A DNA stretch of 64,000 nucleotides, from contig OZ241828.1 of NCBI GenBank assembly GCA_965202585.1, positions 34,224,001 to 34,288,000 on the forward strand, given 5' to 3'. Both the position numbers and the translations under genes were made by a program. Shown here one piece after another: positions 46,401-58,864 of this stretch. The DNA comes from Thalia democratica. Lineage: Eukaryota. The notes beneath the pieces were generated by a model that saw only the letters and a list, made by a program, of their open reading frames with translations, searched no databases and was not told the DNA's origin. Every line of letters starts with the position of its first letter. Position 1 is the stretch's first letter.

Positions 46401-49400
46401 CTAAAACTGTATGTTCATTTTCTCAGAAAATTGAAAAAAAATGTTTGATATTGATAAACTAAAACCTCTTTATTTTATATAAACAAATTAATTGTTCATC
46501 CTATCTATATTTTTTAAAAATAATTAACTAAAAAAAATACTATTAGTTTTCAACAAAACTACAAATTACATGTTTTGAAGGAAATACTGTTTAAAGGGCT
46601 GCTTAAATTCTACTTTAAATAAAATAAACTGTTTTCAAAGATAGAAAAATTACCACTTATTGATATTTCAAACTTTTATTTTACAACAAAAAAAAAACAT
46701 ATATATTTTTTGCCTATGACAATTGTAATAAAAATCTATAACAAATTTACTTACTGTTGATTTAGCAATGAAAATATACAAAATAAAAAATGTTTAGAGA
46801 CTACTTCTACTTAGTTGCAGTACCATGAATTTTTAGAGAATTAAACTTTCAAAAAGGTCGGAGCTAAGACTGTTATACATTCAAATGTTTTTGCGAAATG
46901 TAAAACTGTCTTTTGAAAAATAAATAACCCTTGACATATTTGAATAAAAGCTACCACTTTGCTCATATATAAACTTTCTAAATCCTTTATTTTATGTAAA
47001 TAATGAAGCTTTATATAAGTGCACATTACGTTTATGATTTTATGTATACAGTTTAGAAGAACTTTTTTTTAACTTATATATAACAAATTCTATTTTAAAA
47101 CAAATCTATATTGCTAAAACTATTGAAAGAAAAAATATATGTTATGAAGCTTAAAAGTAATTACTAAAATAATTGTACAAGCAAAAATAATATTTATATT
47201 TAAAATACTAATTTTTATACTTAAAACTTATAGTTATACAAAAACAATCAATCCAAGCAAGGAGTACATATTAGAAAACATAAATAATAACATTTATCGG
47301 CAAAGTTTATTAATTAGTTTAAGAATTAAGGAAACAAACAAAACTTTCACGTAAGTATTTGTTTCAAAACTTTAAACCTGTACTCTACATAAATATATTG
47401 TTTACAGTTAAAAACATGTAGGCTAAATTTTATTTATAAATTTTAACATATATGATAACTATGTAGTTTTTTAAGTATTTAGTATATTAAGTGTTTTGTA
47501 GGTGTGATCAATGTTTTCTATAATGCTATAACGTTCAAAAAAGTATTAAAAGTAAATGATGAACTGAGCTATATTAAGAAAGTTTTAAAATCCATAAATG
47601 AAAGAATGATGGATAGTAAAAGAAGGTCTAAACTTTAACGGAACAAACATCAGTTTTCGTACAAACGCAACAATGTAAGGTTCAGAGTTAACAGGCAGTT
47701 TGCCTCTTGACGTCACTTGACAACACAAATGTCGGAAACAATGACTATAATCAGTTTTCTACTCGTTTATTTTTACTTCAACGCATAAATGAATAGTCGA
47801 CTTCAGATTCAATGTTTTACCTAAGGAACTTTAGCTGTCTAAAATACTGATTTCGGCCAAGAAACTTTTAAAGCTCAACAATTAACATACTTTACGTACT
47901 AAAAATGACATTTATAATAATAGATATTTATTTTTCAAACAACGTTTGTGTAGATTTTAAATAAACAACGTCTTTCATATACAACCTTTTTAGTTTTAGA
48001 AGATATATGTTCCAGTGTTGTAAGTTTTCATCAGTAGAAAAAATAGAAGCAAGAAGATTCTACAACTGTTACTCTTAGCTAATTTAACCCAAAGACATTG
48101 AATAAAATATTAAATTTTAGAAATAAAAAAGTATACTAGATAAAGATAAGGCTAATTACTAAATAATTAAATTTTTAGGAATATTTTTTTTACAGTTTAA
48201 TCTAATTTATTTATTTAATTACAAGGCTTTAACTCCTTTAAAAAACAACCATTAAAAAACTAAAATATACGATTATTATGTTGTTAAAGATAATTTTCAA
48301 TTATTCTTAAACGATTAGTGTCACTAAACACTGTTTAAGAAGATACAATTTTCAAATGTTTAAAATATTGATGTATTTCTTACTTAATGATATTATTCGT
48401 TATTTTAGTAAATTTTATGTACTTAAATAACATACATAACAAACAAATAAAAATTGCAAGTAAAACATTATAAATGCATAGCATTATATACAAAACTATA
48501 TGTGTAAAAATAACAAAACTTGAGATCAATTGCGATATGAAATAACTATTTTAAACAAATACAAGTAAAATATACATAAAGTCAAACTCACAATCAATAA
48601 AATGGTAAACAGCCGTAAGGTTTCTTTTTTATTTACTAAAATTAAAAGAAAACATAGACTCCATTAAAATATGATCAATTTGTATGCAGCGTCTATATAA
48701 TAACTAATTCAAGTGTCAACTATTTGTTTATTCAGAGCAAAAGAACAAAAAAGGTGGTGAAAATGAAAGTTTATTAAGTTAGTTTTGTTGCTTAAAAATG
48801 TACTATTAAACATGTATTTTACTGGTTTGATGGTTTTGAACTAGCTAGATCAAAGTTTTAGTAAAGTATATTGTTCGAATCTTTTGTTGTTCATAGCTTT
48901 CGCATTAATCGATAGATATTTAAACTATCAAACATGTTATTACATATACTAACTTAGATTTTATAAACTAAAAATCTTCTTCAAATTGTTATATGTATTT
49001 CTAGATGTATCTTTTTAGTAGTTTTATATTTTTAAATGCTCATAAAAGTAGTAACAAAATCTTTATTAAAAATGCATGTTTATTAAATACTTTAGAAATA
49101 TGAAATACCAAATGTGCTAATCTTAGAGATGAAACAGCGTATTTTTAAATTTAATATATTATTTTCATTAGTTTTTTACATAAAACCCAGTATCAAAAAT
49201 TAGACTTTTAAGATAAGCTTACAATTTTAAATGCCAGTTTTGCATCAAAGCTACACAAAAATTAAAACAACTCTTTAACTTAGCACCAAATTTAATACAA
49301 ATAGTATTCTTCAATTCCTCTTTTCTTATACAAACTTCAAATTTTTATAACTTCTAAAATAATTTTTATATGTGTTAACTTTGCCTAATGCTTGTTTTTT

Positions 49401-52400
49401 AACGAGTTTTATGTTTTTTTTTCTACTGAATCAATAAGTATCTAAACTAAAAGTTTTAAAATTAAATGAAATGTAGAACTTAATTTCAAACTTAAATTAT
49501 CTAGAAATTTCTTAAATATTTTCATATAAACTCTAGTTTCGATTTTAACAAAGAAAAACACTTTTCTTTAAACATTTTTTTTTCGAATTTGTTAGCGGTT
49601 AAACTGAAACTTTTAAAATTTTTTGAAATATTTAATAATTTAAGTTATATTAATTTAAAAATTTCAAGCTTCTACGTTATAATAACTTTTCTGCTATGTT
49701 ATAAGGAGTTTTTTGTCGACAACTTTTTGAAATATTTGATTAATAACTAATTTCTCTAGATTAATTTTAGTGTAATCAGTTAGTAGGTTAACCGGTTTGA
49801 AGTACTAATCAGTATGTTTTGCAATATATGGCTTACTAAATTACTATTAAGGCTGGATATAATTAATTTATTCTTACACTACTTTTGTAAGTTGTTATTT
49901 AAAAAAAGCATTAGTTAACTATGAAGTTTTAAATATTATTGAAGGATTTGTTAAATGTCAAGTTTTTTAGTCTCTAATTTTAACAGTATAAGTCGAATAA
50001 TAAGTTATTTTAAAGATAATGTCTTAACAATACAATAAAATTGCCACAAGAAATCAGTATCTGCACATTGTTTTTAGCTAGAATAATAAATATATTATCT
50101 AAAAGCTTAAACCATATAAATGAAATAAACTTATAAGTCTAATATTCACAGTACTTTTAACTTAATTCATCTTTAAACGTAGTAACAATACTAGCATTAT
50201 ATATAAAAGTTTATTTGAGTAAAATTACTTTTTTTAACCTGTAACAAACTTTGTAAAACTGAAACATAAAAGCTTTTAATGGTATATTTTTTAATAATAA
50301 AGTTTTAAAACAGTTTCAATATAATAACAACAAGTTTTAAAAACTGTTTTTAAAAGAGTTGTCTAAACTAGTAAAAAAGTTGTAATCGCCCCTTTTACCG
50401 TGACATAATATTGTTTTTTTTTGAAATTCATGACAATCAAAATTTATTAAAAAATTCTTAATAGTTAAAGGGACAAGAAAATATTTAATGTAGCTAAAAT
50501 TGATAATTTAATCTCGCATCTGATAATTTACTGTGGTCAAAAGAAAAATTCTAATGATAAGCGGTATCATTAATTTTGCATTGATTTGTAACTTAAGCTT
50601 CACCAACAAATTTATACATAACATCAAAGGTAATGCTTTAAAAGAAAATCAAAATACTATTTTCATGTTTCAAAAGCGCAAGTCTAGTTATAACTTATAC
50701 TATTATCAATAAGTGATTATACTATCAGGTTTAGTTATATCGGTATAATGTTATTCTACGTTTTATTTAAAAAATAGTCAATTTTTTGAAGGAATAAGTA
50801 TGCTTTTTTCAAATTTTAACCAACTCACTAAAACAAATGTCGTTTTACTTCGAGTATTTTTGATTTCAAAATTAAAATAAAACTAAAAAATACTGTGGAT
50901 GATATACTATAATATTTAAATGCTAACAAAATAAAAGACGAATACAAAACAAGATAAAATTTTAGTGCAAAATATTTCTAAGTATCGTTTTGACAGTCAT
51001 CCAACTGTAAATCAATGTTTATATGTTTTCAATATCTGTATATCAAATTTAATGTTATATTCTCATTATAAAAAATATCAACAGTTTTCTAAATACATGT
51101 TGAATGAATTTTAAACGTACTGAAAATAAATTAAACTTAGAAAACTTAATTTTATAAAACTTAAAACAAATAAAATAAAATGAGTTAAACTTTTCAGAAA
51201 TTCAAAATTTTTTGTGTTGCTTTTTTTATTAAAAAAAGATCAAAACTTCAAAGCAAAAACAGGATGTACCGTATTAGTTCAAAAGTATTCGAGTTACCAA
51301 ACAACCTGTTTATTTACAAACAAGGAGCTATGTAGCGTAATTTAATTAAATAATTATTTGAAAGGAAATGCTATTGATCCTTTTGTAAATTGTTGCTAAG
51401 TTATGAAAAAGTATAAAGCTTTGATTGTGAACTCTCAAAGGTAATTTATATTAACAAAATTGAGCTTTTTTGCATCGTGAATAAAAATGTAACACAGTAG
51501 TCTTATTTCTTTATTCTCTTAAATGTTTTGATTCATAATTCATTTTTTTAACTAAGTCACTTCTTTAGTATGTGGTTAAAAACTATAAAAGTTTAATATT
51601 TGTACATTAAAAGATTATCTAATTCTATGTGTAAAACTTTCTTTTTTTTTATAATTTTATATAAATGTATACTTTTTAAAAAATTGCAGATGATTGACTG
51701 TAAAATTTTAGTCGTATAACTTATAGTAGACAAAACAAAATTTTAAAGGTGATAATTAATGTGCCGTATAAAATATATGTAGTAAAAATTATTTTACATC
51801 CATATTATATAAAACATAGTAGCTGAAATACCTAAGCAAAAATCATAAATATCGTATACTTGTATTATCCCAATTACTTACTGAATTTAAGTATGTTTGT
51901 GTAGAACTTATTTAAGTTTTATATGTTTTTTTGATAACTGGATGTTATAACTGTAAAATTAAATCAAATATTTTTTAACCATAGATGTCGTGTTTATTGA
52001 TTTATACTTAACATTTAAAGGAATTTTAAAAAGAACAAACACATTTAAGAAACTATAAAACATAAAAAAATAATAAACTTCTCCTTCATAAAAGTCATTT
52101 TTCTTGTTTATAACCTTAATTTAAGTAAAAACCATCAAATAATTTACTTTAAAAAATTTAAAGGACTAATTAAAATATTATTGTTACTATTTTTTAAAAA
52201 CCTAAAGTTAGTCTTACCAGTTAAAGAAAGGTTCTTTATAAAGCTTACTAGAAAAAATGTCATTATAAATACATAACATATAATCTTTAAATAATGCCGA
52301 ACACATATCTTAAATATTTTAAGGATAAAAAGTTATATTTATATTTTATGTTTAGTTTTAAATCAAAGTTGTAAAGTAAGCTCTTAAAAGGTTTGAAGTT

Positions 52401-55400
52401 GTTCAGTTCCATTAAAATTTTTGTCTTAAATCTTAGAAAAATCACAGGTATAATTTTTCAAAAACATCAAAGAGTTCACGCATTAGTAAGGAATAAAAAT
52501 GGTTTTAAGTAAAATTTATGGATAACTGGATGTCACGAAAAAGTGCTTATGAAAATGCGAGTAAACGTGATTTGTAACGAGTATTAGTATAATGTGAAGA
52601 AAATATTGTCTTCATAATCTCATAAGCTGTTTTGTTATGGTTTGAAACGAAAACAAACTTTGTTATTTTCCACCAATTTGTTCATTGTTGTCTGTGTTTT
52701 GGTTTGGGTTTCGCAGTTGTGTAAAAATTATAAAAATAATTTTAGTCTTGATTAATATTTTCAAAAACTTTGTAAACAGGATTAAAAATATATTTTAGTT
52801 ATTATTATGATTAAGTGTTAAAAGATATAACAATATAAATTGCATTTTAGAAATTTCTAGTAATACTTCCTCCTTTTAGATTTGATAGTAAAACACTAGT
52901 AGTTGTATCAGTTAGTTTAACAGATTTGCAAACTGTTTTTCAGCTAGCAAATAAAAAAAAAAGTGTTATCTTAGTTAACATTTTGTATAAATTGATTATT
53001 TGTTATATAGTTAGGCTACAGTTATGACAACAAACATCTTCTATTACTCAAATTAAGATATTTTGATCCAAAAAATTATTAGTTCTCTGTGTTTACAATA
53101 TATTTATCTACATAGTAGTTTTATAGTGAAAAGCACTAATTGAAAAAATAGTGAGGAAATTGATAGTAAAAAACTCTCAATTATGTTATAAACAAAATTT
53201 CATTAATATCTACGTAATAATTTAAAATTAACTTATATAACTAAGCGAATTATAAAATATTTTTTTAACTATAAAAGTTATTTTTTTCATAAAACCTTAG
53301 TAGTTTTATATTTACGTTTAAATAACTCTTACATAAATTTAAAACACTTTCTTTTTATACACATACAAACCAAAATTGAAAACTACCTCAATTATTTCTA
53401 ACATTCTTTAATTTTTTCGATGATAATAAAACATTATATTTTAGAAAACTTAAAAACAAAGAAATATTTATAAAAAAGGTGATCAAAAAGTAATTTAAAA
53501 TTTTAGATATTTTAAAAACTAATTAAAATACTTTACTATAACTCCTTAAAAATAAACTTTTGTTGTTGGCTTAATTTTTTAATTATAGCCTATTAAGATC
53601 GTTTTTGTGTTTTTCGTTACTAAGATGTAATTAAATCATTAATTTGTCTTAAGTTTAAAGTATAAATAAGTTTTAATAGAGTAAGTAAGTTTAGAAAAAT
53701 AGTTTTAATTCCATTACAATTTTAAATAAAATAAAAAAAAATGAGTAAAGCAGAATATGATATTATAATGAGACTAAACAAAAACTTAAGTCAAGTTTTT
53801 TTTTTTAAAGACATTATAATTATTTGTTCAAATTATAACACGAGCTGGTAAAAGCAAATCAGTCAGTTTACAGTAGCAAATAATATGTAAAGTTTTTAAA
53901 GATTAAGTTAATTTGACGTATAATTGATCTTATAAAATTAGATTAAACAGTTTTGACCATTTCAAATAAATATTCGCATATAAACACATGAAATAAAAAA
54001 TAAACATTGAATATAAAAACCTTATATACTAAAAATAGCATAAATAATATAAAATACATCAATAAAAACACGATAAAACTGTATGTTTTATTACGTTTTT
54101 TTTTATGTTTAATAAATATTCTAAAAGTTACGAATCTTAAAAACAATATTTATGTGTAAAAATCTCAGCTTAACCATTTTCTTTTCACATAAATCTAAAT
54201 TTTTCTATATAAAACAAAAATAAGTGCAAAACTGATCGTAATAAAGATTAATTTTTTCGAGTAATGTCTAAGTTACTGGAGTATTTTCAATAAAAAAAGT
54301 GTTTAGTATATAGTTTAATACATTAAACAAACGTTAAAAAGACTATTTTTTAAAACTTAAGCAGGCTATAAATACATAAAACTTTTCACAGAAGTAAATT
54401 TTAGCATAAAATAAGCGTAAAATTCTCGTTTTCCAGTTTTGACAAGGTTATAAATACACAAAAAATCAAAGTTTGTTTATGTTATTTCAACACAGAAACG
54501 ACCTCCCGCAAATAGCTTTCAGAACTTTCCGCAATTCTGATTGGTTCACACGCTCATACACCTGCAGGTTTAAGTTGCCATGACAACGAACAATACTGTG
54601 AATTATGACATCACTTAACCATGATCAGCTACCATACACTTTACTGCTTCCAACTTCATGCAACGTTTGATTTGTAAAGAAAATTTGAAATTCAATATGA
54701 GTAGCTGTAATAAAAATTATGAAACCATACCATGCAAATAATTAAAGACGTTCAAATTTATAGCAACAATTTTCTATGGTTACTAAACGTTTAACTTTAT
54801 AAACTTAGTACATTTCTTTAAAGTTTTACATTTTTATTATCAGTTATGTAGTTGTCTAGTTTATAAAGTTAGTAAATGACATACATAAATTAAAGTATGT
54901 TAAGTCATGTTTTTCTAAGCTATGTTTTTATTAATTCTTAAAAACTATTGATTAATTTTTATTTTTAACAAAAAATAAATTCTAAACGTACAATTTCTTG
55001 TCAAAAAATATTTGAACTTTAATATTACTAATTTTGATTGACAAATTCTTTAAACAAACCATAACTTCTGCAATCTAAGACCAAATAAAAGAAATTGATA
55101 CTATTGCAAGAAATAAAATAATATTTTATAAAAATAACTTTGGTACAACGTCGAAATGAAAAAACTTCTTATTAAGTTACTTTTGCAATTTAAGACTCAA
55201 CTATTTTAATAAAATTCAAAGATCCTGATATTGTAAAAAAAAAAAATAAAATTTTGAAGTAAAATAGTTGGTTTTTGTATCAATCTAGTTAAATGTATTT
55301 TTTAAGAGTTACTTGAAACTCTTATTATTCACAATGGAATGTTGTATCCTGCTGTAGGTTCCAAATTTCAATTTACAAACAAACGAGCTTTTAAGTGTGA

Positions 55401-56479
55401 AGAATCTAGTTTTATAATAATTCGAGTGATTTATTTGAAAAGTACTTTTAATTTTTTTAGTATTCTAGTATTACTATAAAAAAGCTTTTAGTAGCAATAA
55501 TAATTTTCAATTAATTGAAAATATATGGTAGAAAATGACTTCTATAAAGTTCTAAAAGTATTAAATTGTTCTCATAAGATATTTTATTGTATTCTAATAC
55601 ATTTATTGCATATACATACATGTTATCTCTGTTTTAAGTATAAAAAAAAATTGCTATAACTATATCATAAAAAATGATTGTTTACTTATGACATAAGTAG
55701 TCTTTTTAAAGTTATTTTTACTTACAGATTTTTTTCCTTTACTTTATAGTAAAGTAACTTTTAAATAATCATAACCTCGTTTATCAATTCAATATGTGTA
55801 CCTATGATTTACAATTTATAGTAAGTTAATTTGTAAAAGCTATAACTTTTATATTAAAATATTTTCTTAAAAATAATATGTTTAAAAATATTTTTTAACT
55901 TTGACAAAAACTCATAGAACTTCAAAATAAACAAAAAAATGTACTAACTCAAATTAAAAACTTTAATACAAAAAAACGCATAAATACAAAGGTAATATAA
56001 ATAGAATACCTCTTAAATGATATAATTTTCAAAATAGATATTTCAAAGACAATATCAACTTCAAATATAAAATGTAATATGTTTTGAATAGAATACCTTA
56101 ATTTTTTTAAAAAGCACCACATTACTTTGTTTTTATCAAACACTAGACCAGGGTTTCCCAAACTCATTTACTAAATCGCCCCCTTTTCAGTAACTTGAAA
56201 AAAAAATCGCCCCCCACGATTTTACAAAGTAGTTTTTCTTTTGAGTACAAACTTTTGAGCTAAAAAAAGTTGTGTTCGAAATGTAATTTAGTCTTGTACT
56301 TCTTATGCACGCACTTTTGTGTTCAAAGTAGTTTACAGGGCTTAAGAAAATAATTTACAGTTTTTTCTTAGAAGCCCAGTAAAGTGTATTAAAATACTTA
56401 ATTATTAAAAAGCCTTGAGTAATCTGTAATCAATCCTGTTTAAATATGATCTGTTCTGAAACTATTGAAACTTTTAGGT

Positions 56480-56814
56480 CAGTGGTGGACAACTTTTGTA
56501 GTCAGCAATTCATATTTACTAAAAAATATTTTTTATTTTCAACTCGTTAGAAAATGTAATTGCGGGCTGCATGATTTAGAAAAATTACAAATAAGAAAAT
56601 TAAAAAACTCGAGCAAAATTGTAATAAAATGATTTAGTATTATTGTGATCTAGGAAATACTTTTGTGAACTGAAAACGAAATAAAAGCGTATATCAAAAT
56701 ATTAGATATCAAAAACTAAATTTTATTTATTTTGCACAAGTAGTTTTCAATTTACTTAGCGGGTCGAAATTCGACTGGATCTGCGACTGGATCTGAGCCG
56801 TCACTACCCACCTG
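56480..56814. mobile_element. Possible old hAT-type MITE nested inside the Buster element
   Basis: Starts CAGTGGTGGACAAC, has GCGGGCTGCAT internally, and ends with CGACTGGATCTG x2 and GAGCCGTCACTACCCACCTG, resembling decayed hAT MITE ends; no TSD found. Confidence 0.35.
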
Positions 56815-58478
56815 AAATCTTAACTTAAACCTGACATTTTAATAATATCTCATATAACAAATTTTGGACAGTTAGAAGTTAATACTAAGTAACTTATTTA
56901 AGCCGCACAAAATACTTAAATTACTTTATAAATAGGCTTTTTTAAAGTATCTATACCAGAGATTAAAAAACTATAAAAGAATTAACAGTTTATTTTACAC
57001 ATAATAAAATATATATTAAAATATTATTTCTGATCTAGTTAAAGGAAGTTTGACCGACTGGTTGATTATCTCACATGAAAAGTGGTTTCATCAACAGCTT
57101 CAGTAAATGCAGTAAATTTACTAATTTCAATGCTAAGATATATTGTAAGCAAGTTAGTTGTAAAGTTAAAAATTTAATTTCTAATTTTTTAAACTACTTG
57201 TTTTGTAGTAGAATACCATGAAATAGCATTTGACTTGGAATAATCTTTAGGGAACTAAACCTTAATTCTAACAATTTTTTTTCTTTATTTAAATTCGAAA
57301 TAAAAATCCAATGTTTTACAGTTAATTCTGTGAACAGAAAGTAATCATTAAAAAAAACTTTTAACTAGGTTTAAGTTTTGTTTTGTAACTGTAGCAATCT
57401 TTTTGATGGCTTATTTAATTCTGTTTAAAAAGTTTTTTTTTTCTAGCTATTAGCCTACAATAATTTAACAGAGGAAAATAGTGAAAAACTAAAAGCTAGT
57501 GTTGAAGTATTAAAATAAACTAAGTATATTCTAATTGCTAATATATATTGAATTCAGATAAAACAAAAAGTTTTATTAATACAAAAAGCTTGTATTAATA
57601 GTTTAAAACTCCTTTTATTATAATAAACTTTTGAACAATAATAAATCAAGTTAGAAAATAAAATTGTGTTTAAGAAACTTTTAAATGAAAAAGTAGAAGT
57701 CATTTCAAATAGAAACCTCAAATTTATACTCTTTTAAAACCAAAAAAAAACATTTTAGAAATAAAAACTTTAATGGTTGTCAAAATATTACAATCAGATA
57801 ATAGTTTTATAGTGATATAAGTTGTACACAGATTAAACTAGAAATAACAAAAACCTGTCAAATAAAGTTCTTTCAAACAAATATTTTAATCACTATGCTA
57901 TAAAAACTTTTAGTGTAATGTAAAACAACGAACATCAACTACAAAATTAACCAGGTCAAAATAAAATTATTAAAATCTTTAAAACATAAACCATTTAATA
58001 AACCGCTTGAGTTTGCACTTTGAAAAAAATCTAAGAAATTTATTACCATATTTTATTTTACAAAATGACAAATTTCAATATGCTATACGCAATGATGTTA
58101 TGAATAAACATGAAATCCACTAAAACATAAAACAAACTTTCATTAAAAAAAAAGATCTATATAAGCTATTAAATATTATATATATTTTGTTTTATTAATA
58201 TTTAGTTAGTAATAGACTTTACTTTAGTTAAATTTAAGAAAATATAAATTTGCACTTTTTTTTGGGTAAAAAGTGCGAACTCAAGAGGAAGTCTACCGTA
58301 AATAATATTTATTAGGCATTATGCAAACCTGTTGTAGAATAAATAGCTTAATAAAGTTGTTATTATAAAAAGACTACTTAAATACAATACAAACCAGGTT
58401 AAATAAGAAATACTTCAAAAGATCAAATAAAATTAAAAAACTTTCATAAAATAATGTCTGCTACTGAAGTCTAATATA

Positions 58479-58864
58479 ATGTGAAGGATGAGGAGTATGA
58501 CTGCTTGCAAGTTTTTCTAATCTGATTCTTAATAAGTAAAATAGAGCCTTAAGTCACCTCCTTTATAAATATCTAGAATAGACCTTTTGCTCAAGATGTT
58601 GATAACTGAACTGAAAGCTTTCTCAACAACATAGCTAGAAGGAAAAGCTTTAAACAACAATCTAAATTCCTCTAAAATGATTGGATACTTTTGCCTTAGT
58701 TTTTGTTGAGTCCAAAAGCTTTCATATCGTTTTTTGGAAGAATTTACTTTAAGTTCAAGGTCAGTTTGTAAGTCTGAGAAGGTTTCCTGTAAGTCGTATA
58801 CTTCAAAAGTATTTGCCTCGAAGGGATCCATACTTTTATCTATATGATAGCTTTTATGTGTCAA
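58479..58864 (-). pseudogene. C-terminal fragment of a Buster-like hAT transposase (dimerisation-domain region), frameshifted
   Basis: ORF 58529..58864 has 'FW.Q...YP...AFPSSYVVEKAFSSV...RSILDI..GDLRL'. An adjacent frame continues 'LEKLASSHTPHPSH', matching the HPSH C-terminus I recall for Buster transposases. The N-terminal part is missing. Confidence 0.88.
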
